Shown here one piece after another: positions 1-9,609 of a DNA stretch of 64,000 bases (its first letter is position 1; every line of letters begins with the position of its first letter). The DNA comes from an uncultured bacterium (GTDB lineage Bacteria; Omnitrophota; Omnitrophia; Omnitrophales; Aquincolibacteriaceae): contig CAYLPP010000004.1 of the NCBI GenBank assembly GCA_964385615.1, positions 108,743 through 172,742 of the forward strand. The letters are read 5' to 3'. The position numbers and the translations under genes were made by a program. The notes under the pieces are model-generated. The model made no database searches. It was not told the DNA's origin and saw only the letters and a list, made by a program, of their open reading frames with translations.

Positions 1-1859
1 CCAAAGATTTAATGGAGCTTGCTGAGGACCTGGTGCTTAACCGCCGTCCGGACGCGACCGAACGCCTGCTGGAATATTCAGAAAAAACCAAAGGTGTCAA
101 AAAATCGGCGGCCAAAGAGCAAGAATGGCGCAAAAAAAGCGTGCAGGAAAGGCTTTCGCACGCATTGGTCAACGGGATCGCGGATTTTGTGGAAGCGGAC
201 GTTGAAGAAGCCCGTCAGCTTTACGCGAAACCTCTTGAAGTGATCGAAGGTCCTCTCATGGACGGCATGAAGATCGTCGGAGATCTTTTCGGCGACGGTA
301 AAATGTTTCTGCCTCAGGTGGTTAAAAGCGCGCGGGTCATGAAAAAAGCCGTGGCGGTGCTGACTCCTTATATTGAAAAGGAAAAAGCGGGAACGGGAAA
401 AAGCGCCGGCCGTGTTCTGATGGCGACCGTGAAGGGGGATGTTCATGATATAGGCAAAAATATCGTGGGGGTAGTGCTCGGCTGTAATAATTATGAAATC
501 ACCGACCTGGGTGTCATGGTTCCCCTTGAGAAAATCCTGGCGGAAGCGGAGGCTGTGAAGGCGGATATTATCGGGTTGAGCGGTCTGATCACGCCTTCGC
601 TTGATGAAATGATTTATGCCGCGCAGGAAATGGAACGGCGCGGACTCAAGACGCCTCTCTTGATCGGCGGAGCCACGACTTCGGTGATTCATACCGCGGT
701 CAAAATTGACCCGGTTTACAACGGACCGGTGGTTCATGTGCTGGATGCGTCGCGTAGTGTGAACGTGGTTAGCAGTCTGCTCAGCGACGCGCAGAAAACG
801 GAATTCGTCCGCAAAAAGAAAGCGGATTACGAAGAAATCCGCGTGGAGCATGCCCACAAAAAACAGAAGATTAAATATTCAACTCTCGAAGAAGCGCGCG
901 CTAATAAGTTTGAAATCGACTGGAAGAAGTCACCGCCGTTGAAACCGGCAATGACCGGTCTGAAGATTTTTAAAGATTACGATTTGGAAACAATCAGCCG
1001 GAATATTGACTGGACACCGTTTTTCCTCACCTGGGAGCTGAAGGGGAAATACCCGGATATTCTTCAGCATCCGGATATGGGTAAGGCCGCCAGAAATCTT
1101 TTTGATGACGCGCAGAAACTTTTAAAGAGAATTCTCAGTGAGAAGCTTTTGCGCGCTCAGGCGGTTATCGGTATTTTTCCGGCAAACGCAGTTGGGGATG
1201 ATGTCGAAATCTATACGGATGAAAGCCGGAAAAAAGTTCTGACTACTTTCCGTATGCTCCGCCAGCAGTCGCAGAAAGGGCCCGGGCAGCCGAACCTTTG
1301 CTTGAGTGATTTTATCGCGCCGAAAGAAACGGGGCTGCCGGACTATCTGGGTTTATTTTCTTCGACCGCGGGTTTGGGGATTGATGAGCCTGTCCGCGCT
1401 TTTGAAAAGGCAGGGGATGATTACAGTGCGATTTTAATGAAAGCGCTGGCGGACCGCATGGCGGAAGCTTTTGCTGAACATTTGCACCAACGCGTGCGCA
1501 AAGAGTTCTGGGGCTACGCGCCTGAGGAAAATCTGCCTAATGAAGATTTAATCCGTCAGAAATACACGGGGATTAGGCCCGCTCCGGGATATCCGGCTTG
1601 TCCGGATCACAGCGAAAAGCCCCTGCTTTTTAAAATTCTCGAATCTGAGAAAAACGCGGGAGTTTCCCTGACTGAAAATTTCGCCATGCTGCCCGCGTCC
1701 GCGGTTTCCGGTTATTATCTGGCTCACCCGGAGTCGGCGTACTTCGCGGTCGGAAAAATTGAAAAAGATCAGGCGGAAGATTACGCCCGACGGAAGGGCG
1801 TCAGCCTCGCACAGGTTGAAAAGTGGCTCGCCCCCAATTTAGCGTATACGCCTTCCTAA
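1..1859 (+). CDS. metH: Methionine synthase, C-terminal part (B12-binding and AdoMet-activation domains). 5'-partial: the reading frame is open to the window edge.
   Basis: The translation contains the cobalamin-binding motif [11 protein letters not shown] (DxHxxG) and a long activation-domain-like C-terminus. There is no in-frame stop upstream of position 12, so the gene begins outside the window. Confidence 0.8.
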   Translation, partial: KDLMELAEDLVLNRRPDATERLLEYSEKTKGVKKSAAKEQEWRKKSVQERLSHALVNGIADFVEADVEEARQLYAKPLEVIEGPLMDGMKIVGDLFGDGKMFLPQVVKSARVMKKAVAVLTPYIEKEKAGTGKSAGRVLMATVKGDVHDIGKNIVGVVLGCNNYEITDLGVMVPLEKILAEAEAVKADIIGLSGLITPSLDEMIYAAQEMERRGLKTPLLIGGATTSVIHTAVKIDPVYNGPVVHVLDASRSVNVVSSLLSDAQKTEFVRKKKADYEEIRVEHAHKKQKIKYSTLEEARANKFEIDWKKSPPLKPAMTGLKIFKDYDLETISRNIDWTPFFLTWELKGKYPDILQHPDMGKAARNLFDDAQKLLKRILSEKLLRAQAVIGIFPANAVGDDVEIYTDESRKKVLTTFRMLRQQSQKGPGQPNLCLSDFIAPKETGLPDYLGLFSSTAGLGIDEPVRAFEKAGDDYSAILMKALADRMAEAFAEHLHQRVRKEFWGYAPEENLPNEDLIRQKYTGIRPAPGYPACPDHSEKPLLFKILESEKNAGVSLTENFAMLPASAVSGYYLAHPESAYFAVGKIEKDQAEDYARRKGVSLAQVEKWLAPNLAYTPS

Positions 1860-2016
1860 CCTATCGGCGAGCAGGCTTGCCTTGCGGCACCGTAGGTCCA
1901 GCGCTGATGGCGCTGGCCTTCTACACCCTCAGCGTTTGGGGCTCCCCAAACGCCTGCGGGAGTTGCCTTCAGACAAGCTGCTTGCCTCAGTAAGTATCGT
2001 CGGGTATCATGCCCCA

Positions 2017-2904
2017 ATGAAAATTTCAGAGTTCTACAAAAAACAGAAACACACGTTTTCCTTCGAGTTTTTCCCCCCAAAAACCGAAGAGGCTGAAGCC
2101 CGGCTTTTTGAAACGGCGGTTCAGCTGAAAACGCTCAATCCTTCTTTTGTTTCCGTGACTTACGGAGCTATGGGAACTACCCGCTCCAGCACGCTGAGAA
2201 TTGTCAGCCGGATCAAAAATGAAATCGGGCTCGAAGCCGCGGCCCATTTGACCTGCGTTGGGCATACTCAGGATGAGATCGCCGTGATTCTTTCCGATTT
2301 AAAATCAAAAGGGGTTGAGAATCTTGTGGCTTTGCGCGGAGACCCGCCCAAAGGGGACACGGCTTTCAAGCCGGTGCCGGGGGGGTTCGCGCACGCGGAT
2401 GAGTTGGTGCGGTTTATCCGCTCCGATGCCCGGTTTTCAAAACATTTTTCGCTCGCGGTCGCGGGTTATCCTGAAGGTCACGTGGAATGCGCGGATAAGA
2501 ATCAGGATCTGCTGAATTTAAAACGAAAGATAGAAGCCGGCGCGGACGTCGTGATTACGCAACTTTTTTTCAGCAACGAAGATTATTTCCGTTTTGTTGA
2601 AAAAATCCGTTCTTATGGAATTCAGATTCCGGTAGTTGCTGGAATTATGCCGGTCACGCAGGCCGCGCAGATTCAGCGGTTCGCGTCTATGTGCGGAGCG
2701 AAAATTCCAGCGGAGATGCAGAAGGCGATTGAGAAGTTAGGAGAGGATCAGCCTTCGGTGGAAGCTTACGGAATTGAGTACGCGACAAAACAATGCGCGG
2801 AACTTCTGAAAAACGGGGTTCCCGGCATTCACTTCTATACCCTCAATAAATCGCACGCGACACGGGCGATTTACTCCAACCTGCACCTAACCGGTAAAGT
2901 CTGA
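2017..2904 (+). CDS. metF: 5,10-methylenetetrahydrofolate reductase
   Basis: MKISEFYKK..FSFEFFPPKT..FVSVTYGA..LEAAAHLTC..HFYTLN aligns along its whole length with the E. coli MetF pattern. The start is placed at the internal ATG 2017 instead of the ORF-track 1882, because the recognisable MetF N-terminus begins there. Confidence 0.85.
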   Translation: MKISEFYKKQKHTFSFEFFPPKTEEAEARLFETAVQLKTLNPSFVSVTYGAMGTTRSSTLRIVSRIKNEIGLEAAAHLTCVGHTQDEIAVILSDLKSKGVENLVALRGDPPKGDTAFKPVPGGFAHADELVRFIRSDARFSKHFSLAVAGYPEGHVECADKNQDLLNLKRKIEAGADVVITQLFFSNEDYFRFVEKIRSYGIQIPVVAGIMPVTQAAQIQRFASMCGAKIPAEMQKAIEKLGEDQPSVEAYGIEYATKQCAELLKNGVPGIHFYTLNKSHATRAIYSNLHLTGKV

Positions 2905-3354
2905 TTATCTTTTCGCGCTGAGAAACGGCGGGAAATAGCTTTCCTGAATCGAGGTTTTAATATCATCCGGAAGCGAAAGAACCGTCTTAATTTCTTTCAT
3001 GCCGGTCAACTTCTTAAGCTCAGCTTCCGGCCACACATTCAGCGGGCTGGAAATCGCGATGACCAGGCTTTCAGGAGAGACTTCAATCGGCATCAAAAGG
3101 TACTTCTCAGCGATGCTCTGGGGAATCAGTTCAACGGCGCGAGGGTTAATCTTGGTTTTTCTTAAATCCACGAAGCGCATGGCAAATTGGTCAGCCAGGG
3201 TTTTGTAGAGGAGGCTCTGAGATATATACTTCTTTCGGACTAACAGTTCTCCTGTTAGTTCTTGTGTTCTCTTTTGTTCCTGAAGGACGTCTTCGAGTTG
3301 CTCCCAGGAGATTAATTTCTTTTGAACCAGCAATTCCCCAATACGCCAGACCAT
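2905..3354 (-). CDS. Small cytoplasmic protein made only of a GspE/MshE N-terminal-like (T2SSE_N) domain
   Basis: 149 aa: GELLVQKKLISWEQLEDVLQEQ..LGELLV..YKTLADQF is typical of the N-terminal domain of type II/IV secretion ATPases, the fold that binds c-di-GMP in MshE. This is the only confident minus-strand gene in the window. Confidence 0.45.
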   Translation of the reverse strand: MVWRIGELLVQKKLISWEQLEDVLQEQKRTQELTGELLVRKKYISQSLLYKTLADQFAMRFVDLRKTKINPRAVELIPQSIAEKYLLMPIEVSPESLVIAISSPLNVWPEAELKKLTGMKEIKTVLSLPDDIKTSIQESYFPPFLSAKR

Positions 3355-3457
3355 ATATATCTCCAGGTTTATAATTTATAAAAGTATTTAAAACAATGTT
3401 ATTCTATTAACGGCATTAGGCCTTTGCAAATTAAATTTTATTCACATCCCCTCAGCA

Positions 3458-3486
3458 TTGACACTCCTGCCTGGGTGTAATAAAAT
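3458..3486 (+). promoter_or_regulatory. Candidate sigma70 promoter for lysS: TTGACA, a 17-nt spacer, then TAAAAT
   Basis: TTGACA lies at 3458-3463 and TAAAAT at 3481-3486, separated by exactly 17 nt. The site sits in an AT-rich divergent intergenic region 40 nt upstream of the lysS ATG at 3526. Confidence 0.4.
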
Positions 3487-3525
3487 CATCAAAATTTTTC
3501 TTAACCCATTAGAAATAAAGAACAA

Positions 3526-4965
3526 ATGACAAAATCAAATAAGTCTTACGGCGCAAGATTTCTACCAGTCGAACCTGTCTCCTCAATTCTAAACCGCTTT
3601 GCGGACGGTGTGAAAGTCCGCACGGCCGGCCGAATCATGACCCGGCGCAATATGGGGAAGAGTACTTTCGCGGATTTAAGAGATGAAAGCGGACGTATTC
3701 AGATCTACGGTAAGAAGGATGAATTGGGAGATCACTACGATCCTTTCTCCAATTTGAGCCTCGGGGACATCATTGGACTCGAGGGGAGCTGTTTTGTCTC
3801 TAAGACAGGGGAAAAAAGCATCCGGGTTGAGAAGTTCGAAATTCTTTCCGCGATTGTCCGCACTCTGCCTGAGAAGTGGCACGGCTTGAAAGATGTTGAG
3901 GCCCGCTATCGTCACCGCTATGTGGACCTGATTGTCAATGAAGAAACCCGTGAGACTTTTAAGAAGCGCAGTCAGATGATCCGGGATATCCGCCGTTTCC
4001 TCGATGATAAAGGCTTTATGGAGGTCGAAACCCCCATGATGCAGCCGATTCCCGGCGGTGCGCGCGCGAAGCCGTTTATCACGCATCACAATACCTTAGA
4101 TGTTGACCTTTATCTGCGCGTGGCCCCTGAACTGTACCTGAAAAGGCTTCTGGTCGGCGGCTTTCAGAAGGTTTACGAACTGAACCGCAATTTCCGCAAT
4201 GAGGGTATCTCCGTTCGGCACAACCCTGAGTTCACCATGCTTGAGGTTTACCAGGCGTTTGCCGATTATACAGACATGATGGCTCTGACCGAGGAGCTGA
4301 TTTCCGGCCTGGTCAGGAAGTTTTACGGAACGGATGAAATTCCTTACGGCGACAAGACCTTGAATTTTAAAACGCCGTGGAAAAGAATTTCTTTTTACGA
4401 CGCGCTCAAGGAAAAAACGGGGATTGATCTCCGCACGGCAAATCTGAAAGAAGCCGCGAAAAAACTTCACATTCGTTTTCCGGAAAATGAACCGCCGGAA
4501 GACGTGGACATTCTGAACGAAATTTTCGGCGAGTATCTTGAACCGGATCTTTGGGACCCCGCGTTTGTCATTGATTATCCGACCATCATGACACCGCTGG
4601 CCAAAGCGAAGGAAGATGACCCCTCGCTGGTTTACCGCTTTGAGCTGTTCGTCGCGAAAATGGAAATCGCGAACGCGTTTTCAGAACTGAATGATCCCGC
4701 GATCCAGCGCGAAAGGCTTGAGGCTCAGAAAGAAATGATCGGTGAGCATAAAGTGATTGATGAAGATTTCCTGATGGCGCTTGAGTACGGTATGCCTCCT
4801 GCAGGCGGGCTTGGGATTGGTATTGACCGCCTGATCATGCTGCTCACGAATCAGCATTCCATCCGGGAAGTGATTTTATTTCCGCAGCTCAAGCCTGAAG
4901 CGGTCAAGCCGTTGGATTCCGCCGGCGGAGAAACCGCGGATCCAAAATTTGAAGGGGAGATTTAA
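3526..4965 (+). CDS. lysS: Lysine--tRNA ligase (class II)
   Basis: 479 aa with an anticodon-binding OB N-terminus followed by class II motifs (..FRNEG..YQAFADY.., GGLGIGIDRL). Confidence 0.9.
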   Translation: MTKSNKSYGARFLPVEPVSSILNRFADGVKVRTAGRIMTRRNMGKSTFADLRDESGRIQIYGKKDELGDHYDPFSNLSLGDIIGLEGSCFVSKTGEKSIRVEKFEILSAIVRTLPEKWHGLKDVEARYRHRYVDLIVNEETRETFKKRSQMIRDIRRFLDDKGFMEVETPMMQPIPGGARAKPFITHHNTLDVDLYLRVAPELYLKRLLVGGFQKVYELNRNFRNEGISVRHNPEFTMLEVYQAFADYTDMMALTEELISGLVRKFYGTDEIPYGDKTLNFKTPWKRISFYDALKEKTGIDLRTANLKEAAKKLHIRFPENEPPEDVDILNEIFGEYLEPDLWDPAFVIDYPTIMTPLAKAKEDDPSLVYRFELFVAKMEIANAFSELNDPAIQRERLEAQKEMIGEHKVIDEDFLMALEYGMPPAGGLGIGIDRLIMLLTNQHSIREVILFPQLKPEAVKPLDSAGGETADPKFEGEI

Positions 4966-6266
4966 TGGGGTTTGAAGGGTTTATCGCCGGTAAACATCTC
5001 GCTCACCGCCGCCGCACGGGTTTTATTTCCCTGATTTCAATGATTTCAGTCGGAGGCGTCGCGATCGGCGTGATGGCTTTGATCGTGGTGCTGGCCGTGA
5101 TGACGGGTTTTGACCGTGAATTGAAAAATAAGATCGTGAATGTTCAGCCTCATTTGCGGATCGAGAAAATCGGCGGAATCGGCCGCGCCCAGGATGAAAT
5201 TCAGAAAATCAAAGCCCGCCACATTCCCGGCCTGCGAAACGTTTCGAGTTTTGTTGAAGGTCAGGCCATTATGCGCTCCGAAGACAACGCGACCGGCGTC
5301 ATCGTTAAAGGGGTCGATACGGATAACGAGGATATCTCGATTTATCAGGAGCATTTGATCGGCGGGGATCTGAATTTTGAAGATACCGTGACGACGGCGA
5401 CCAAACGGCGTTTTATCTTCTTTAAGAAAACCATTGAAACCCGGAAGGGCTCGATTCTGATCGGTGAAGAACTGGCCCGGATTTTACGCGCCCGTGTCGG
5501 CGACACGGTGACTTTGATCGCGCCTTACCGCGATCCTAAACTTCCTTTTTCTCTGATGAATTCTGAGACCCGGTCTTTTATCGTGAAAGGTGTTTTCCGG
5601 ATCGGGATGAACGATTTTGACACGTCGCTGGCTCTGATTCAGGAAGAAAAAGCGCGCCAGCTCTACCATCTGGGTGACCGCGTCACGGGTATCAGCATGC
5701 GTTTTGCCAACGTGGACGATGCCGAAAAATGGAAACTGGCCTTGCGCGAGGATTTCGGTATGGATTACATTGTTCGCTCCTGGTACGACATGAACCACAA
5801 TTTCTTTCAGGCGCTGAAAGTTGAAAAGTCTGTCATGACGATTCTTCTCGCACTTATTATTTTGGTCGCGGCGTTTAATATTATTTCCACGCTGACGATG
5901 GTGGTCATGGAAAAAACCAAGGATATCGGTATCTTGCGCGCGATCGGAGCCACTCGCGCGGCTATCCGTAAGATTTTCCTGATCGAAGGATTCAGTATCG
6001 GTTTTTCGGGCGTGATTACTGGAACCATTCTGGGCCTCTTGATGGCTTTTAACCTGAACCCGATTTCAGATTTCATTAAAAACACGACGGGGCTTGAAGT
6101 TTTCCCCAGTGACATTTACTTTTTCGACAAAATTCCGGCTGAAGTCCACGCGGAAGATGTCGTGGTTGTTGTGATTTTCGCGCTCTTGGCTTCCGTGCTC
6201 GCGGGTTTTTACCCCGCGCATCGGGCGGCGGCGCTTAATCCTGTTGAGGCCCTTCATTATGAGTAA
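4965..6266 (+). CDS. lolE: Lipoprotein-release ABC transporter permease (LolC/LolE, FtsX-like family)
   Basis: 433 aa with an N-terminal TM segment, a large periplasmic domain and a C-terminal FtsX-like 3-TM bundle. It lies immediately upstream of the lolD-like ATPase. Confidence 0.75.
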   Translation: MGFEGFIAGKHLAHRRRTGFISLISMISVGGVAIGVMALIVVLAVMTGFDRELKNKIVNVQPHLRIEKIGGIGRAQDEIQKIKARHIPGLRNVSSFVEGQAIMRSEDNATGVIVKGVDTDNEDISIYQEHLIGGDLNFEDTVTTATKRRFIFFKKTIETRKGSILIGEELARILRARVGDTVTLIAPYRDPKLPFSLMNSETRSFIVKGVFRIGMNDFDTSLALIQEEKARQLYHLGDRVTGISMRFANVDDAEKWKLALREDFGMDYIVRSWYDMNHNFFQALKVEKSVMTILLALIILVAAFNIISTLTMVVMEKTKDIGILRAIGATRAAIRKIFLIEGFSIGFSGVITGTILGLLMAFNLNPISDFIKNTTGLEVFPSDIYFFDKIPAEVHAEDVVVVVIFALLASVLAGFYPAHRAAALNPVEALHYE

Positions 6267-6990
6267 TCCCCAGATGAACGAAAATTTCTTGCTGTCCGCT
6301 TATGACCTTCGCAAAGACTACGAGATGCCCACGGGGAATTTACCGATTCTTAAAGGCCTCCAGATGAAAGTCCGCACTGGAGAGATGATGTTCATTATCG
6401 GGCGATCCGGGTCTGGGAAATCCACCTTGCTCCATCTTCTTGCCGGCCTTGATACGCCGACTTCCGGAAAAATTATTTTTGAAGGGGATGAACTGACGGC
6501 CATGAGTGAGCGGGCGATTTCACGCGTCCGTAACCGCCGGCTGGGTTTTGTTTTTCAGTTCTATCATTTACTGCCTGAGCTGACACTCTATGAGAACGTG
6601 CTTCTGCCTTCTCTGATCGCGGGGAAAAAAGATGAAAAATGGGCCAAAGAACTTTTAAAGCGCGTCAAGCTTCTCAGCCGGCAGGATCATTATCCTTCGG
6701 AGCTTTCCGGCGGTGAACAGCAGCGCGCCGCCATTGCCCGCGCGTTGATGAACCGCCCGTCACTGGTTCTTTGTGACGAACCTACGGGCAATCTCGACCG
6801 TGAAACCTCCGAATCCATTTTGTCTCTGATCAACGATTTGAACCGCCGTGACGGGCAGTCGTTTGTCATCGTAACGCACGACGAAGCTCTCGCGTGGCGG
6901 TACCCGAAGGTATTCCGCCTCGTAGACGGCGTGCTGGTCAAGGACGACAATCCTTCCGGCAGTGTGCGGTCCATCGAACAGATTCAGTGA
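6244..6990 (+). CDS. lolD: Lipoprotein-release ABC transporter ATP-binding protein
   Basis: Walker A GRSGSGKST, the ABC signature LSGGEQQR and Walker B LVLCDEPT. Confidence 0.85.
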   Translation: MRPFIMSNPQMNENFLLSAYDLRKDYEMPTGNLPILKGLQMKVRTGEMMFIIGRSGSGKSTLLHLLAGLDTPTSGKIIFEGDELTAMSERAISRVRNRRLGFVFQFYHLLPELTLYENVLLPSLIAGKKDEKWAKELLKRVKLLSRQDHYPSELSGGEQQRAAIARALMNRPSLVLCDEPTGNLDRETSESILSLINDLNRRDGQSFVIVTHDEALAWRYPKVFRLVDGVLVKDDNPSGSVRSIEQIQ

Positions 6991-7022
6991 TCGAAAAATT
7001 CATTCTATAGAAGGGAAAAGTC

Positions 7023-7922
7023 ATGGAACTCCAAATTTTTATCGATGGTAAGTGGTATCCGAAAAGCGAAGCTAAGATTTCCGTTTTTGATCATGGTCTT
7101 CTTTACGGCGATGGCGTTTTTGAAGGGATCCGCGCTTACGGCGGTCTGGTTTTCAAGCTGAAGGAGCATTTGGAACGGCTTTGGGAATCCGCGCACACGC
7201 TGATGCTGGAAATTCCCATGAGTCCGAAGGAAATGGAAAAAGCCATTATCGGCACGCTTCAGCGCAACGGCCTGATCGACGCTTATATCCGTGTCGTGGT
7301 CACACGCGGTACCGGTGATCTTGGCCTGGATCCGGCAAAGTGCAAGAAGGCCACGGTTTTTATTATTACCGACAAAATCGCGCTTTATCCGGAATCGCTT
7401 TACCGCGACGGTCTGGATATCGTCACGGTTCCGACGGTCCGCAATTTAAATGAAGCGGTCAATCCCGCGGTCAAGAGCCTGAACTATCTCAATAATATTC
7501 TGGCCAAGATTGAAGCGAAGAACGCGGGCTGTATTGAAGCGCTCATGCTCAACGCTCAGGGATATGTCGCGGAGTGCACGGGTGATAACGTTTTCATGAT
7601 CAAGGAAGAAAGCGGTAAACCCATCCTTCTGACCCCGCCTTCTTATTTGGGCGCGCTCAAGGGGATTACCCGGCAGGCCATTATCGAAATCGCTCAGGCT
7701 AAAAAACTCGCGTTCGAAGAACGCGTGCTGACCCGCCATGATCTTTTTAACGCCCGGGAGGTTTTTTTGACCGGCACGGCGGCGGAAGTGATTCCGGTCG
7801 TCAAAATTGACGGCCGTGTGATCGGCAGCGGAAAGCCCGGAGCTGTGACCGAGGCTTTAAGACGCGAATTCAAAAAACAGACGCGTCTTGACGGTGTCCG
7901 GTTCAAGCTTTCGAAGCGCTGA
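7023..7922 (+). CDS. ilvE: Class IV (fold type IV) aminotransferase, most likely a branched-chain amino acid aminotransferase
   Basis: YGDGVFEGIRAY at the N-terminus and LTGTAAEVIPVVKIDGRVIGSGKPG at the C-terminus are typical of the IlvE/Dat family. Confidence 0.65.
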   Translation: MELQIFIDGKWYPKSEAKISVFDHGLLYGDGVFEGIRAYGGLVFKLKEHLERLWESAHTLMLEIPMSPKEMEKAIIGTLQRNGLIDAYIRVVVTRGTGDLGLDPAKCKKATVFIITDKIALYPESLYRDGLDIVTVPTVRNLNEAVNPAVKSLNYLNNILAKIEAKNAGCIEALMLNAQGYVAECTGDNVFMIKEESGKPILLTPPSYLGALKGITRQAIIEIAQAKKLAFEERVLTRHDLFNAREVFLTGTAAEVIPVVKIDGRVIGSGKPGAVTEALRREFKKQTRLDGVRFKLSKR

Positions 7923-7976
7923 CCCCGTTTTACGTCTTAAAACTTCGGGCGGGAACCCGGCGGATGAAGTGATATA

Positions 7977-8513
7977 ATGGAAAACATGATTTGCAACATC
8001 TGCGGCTCTCAAGAAGCGACCATCCATCTGACGGAAATCGTTAACAGTCAGATGATGGAAATCCATTTGTGCGAAACCTGCGCCCAGGAAAAAGGCACGG
8101 ATTTCAAGACTCATTTCGGGTTGGGCGATTTAATCGGCGGACTCGCGGGCGCCGACCCTGAAGCGAAGCCCGGTAAAACCCTGCCTTCTGCCAAATGCCC
8201 TGAATGCGGTCTGACTTACGATGATTTTGGTAAAAACGGCCGGTTAGGGTGCGCGGGCTGTTATACCGCCTTTTCCAAGTTTCTTCTCCCTTTGATCAAA
8301 CGCGTTCAGCGTTCCACCACTCATGTCGGCAAACGTCCCGGCAATGTTTCTAAAAACGTCAGCCACGCGCATGACCTTCGCGTCCTTCAGGACCGGCTCC
8401 GCAAGACTGTCCAGATGGAAGAGTTTGAAAACGCGGCCAAGATCCGCGATGAAATCCGCCAGATCGAGGAGAAAATGAAAAAAAGTCCTAAAAAGGGGAA
8501 AAACGGTGAGTAA
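7977..8513 (+). CDS. mcsA: McsA-like activator of protein arginine kinase (zinc-finger pairs plus a UVR domain)
   Basis: CNICGS..CETC and CPECG..CAGC Cys pairs, and a UVR-like EEFENAAKIRDEIRQIEEKM. The gene sits directly upstream of mcsB. Confidence 0.7.
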   Translation: MENMICNICGSQEATIHLTEIVNSQMMEIHLCETCAQEKGTDFKTHFGLGDLIGGLAGADPEAKPGKTLPSAKCPECGLTYDDFGKNGRLGCAGCYTAFSKFLLPLIKRVQRSTTHVGKRPGNVSKNVSHAHDLRVLQDRLRKTVQMEEFENAAKIRDEIRQIEEKMKKSPKKGKNGE

Positions 8514-9570
8514 GATCGACGTTCTCCTGAAACAGCCCGCGGATTGGCTTAAAAGCGGAGGGCCTGACAGCGATATCGTGGTCAGCTCGCGCATCCGGCT
8601 TGCCCGCAATGTCGCGGGATACCCGTTTCTGCCGAAAATGACGGTTGAGGAGCAGAAGGAAATCGTCGATAAACTGGAAGATGCGGTACGCCGGATTCCG
8701 GTCACCCAGGATGCTCATTACTTCCGTTCAAATACGATGACGGAAGTCGACCGCCAGTTTCTTTTGGAGCGGCATTTGATCAGCCGTGAGCACGCGTCTG
8801 AAAAAGACCATAAAGCCGTTGCGATTTCGGCCAATCAGGCTTTGAGTCTGATGGTCATTGAAGAAGATCATTTACGCCTGCAGAGTTTTCAGGCGGGGTT
8901 TAATTTAACTGAAGCCTGGCGTGTGGTGAACCAGGTCGATGATGAGCTGGGCAAGATCATGGATTTTTCTTTTGATCAAAGCCTGGGGTATTTGACGGCC
9001 TGCCCGACGAATGTCGGAACCGGGCTTCGTGCCTCATGCATGCTCCATCTGCCCAGCCTGGTGCTGACCAAGCAGGTTCATAAAGTTTTGCAGGCGCTGG
9101 CCAAGCTGAATCTGGCTGCGCGCGGTCTTTACGGTGAAGGCACTCAGGCCATGGGGAATTTCTTTCAGTTCTCCAATCAGATGACTCTGGGCCAGCACGA
9201 AGAAGAGATCATCGAGAACCTGGCGACTGTGATTAAGCAGGTGATCGAGCATGAAAAAGAAGCGCGGACGCATTTAAAAGATAAGCGCAAACTGAAGTTT
9301 GAAGACCAGATCTGGCGCGCGCTGGGAAATTTAAAATCCGCGCGGACTATTTCATCCGTAGAAGCAACACAGATGCTGTCGCTGGTTCAGCTGGGGATGT
9401 CCATGGGCATCATGGATTGCGGGCTGGGCCGGGAGGATATGAACCTGCTGTTTTTGCTGATTCAGCCGGCGCATCTGCAGAAAATCGCTGGAAAAGTTCT
9501 TAACTCCGCGGAGCGTGACTCCCGGAGAGCTGAACTTATCCGTGAAAAGCTGGCGAAAGTTACGTTATAA
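8506..9570 (+). CDS. mcsB: Protein arginine kinase (ATP:guanido phosphotransferase)
   Basis: The phosphagen-kinase active-site motif CPTNVGTGLRAS is present, and the length and context match McsB. Confidence 0.85.
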   Translation: MSKIDVLLKQPADWLKSGGPDSDIVVSSRIRLARNVAGYPFLPKMTVEEQKEIVDKLEDAVRRIPVTQDAHYFRSNTMTEVDRQFLLERHLISREHASEKDHKAVAISANQALSLMVIEEDHLRLQSFQAGFNLTEAWRVVNQVDDELGKIMDFSFDQSLGYLTACPTNVGTGLRASCMLHLPSLVLTKQVHKVLQALAKLNLAARGLYGEGTQAMGNFFQFSNQMTLGQHEEEIIENLATVIKQVIEHEKEARTHLKDKRKLKFEDQIWRALGNLKSARTISSVEATQMLSLVQLGMSMGIMDCGLGREDMNLLFLLIQPAHLQKIAGKVLNSAERDSRRAELIREKLAKVTL

Positions 9571-9609
9571 TACTTTTTTCATAAAGCAAGACCAGAAAGT
9601 GGAGGTTTT

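Noticed and set aside
78-857. A 259-aa minus-strand ORF inside metH; similar long antisense ORFs occur at 22256-23116, 26495-27166, 29119-29859, 45211-45945 and 15729-16487.
   Set aside because: Each lies entirely within a confidently identified + strand gene. They have His/Arg-rich, low-complexity translations typical of shadow frames in moderate-to-high-GC coding DNA, and none has a recognisable motif or RBS.
1882-2016. The ORF-track start of metF at 1882, giving a 45-aa N-terminal extension.
   Set aside because: The extension is Arg/Leu-rich and unlike MetF, while the canonical MetF N-terminus begins at Met 2017. The upstream part is probably just open frame after the metH stop.
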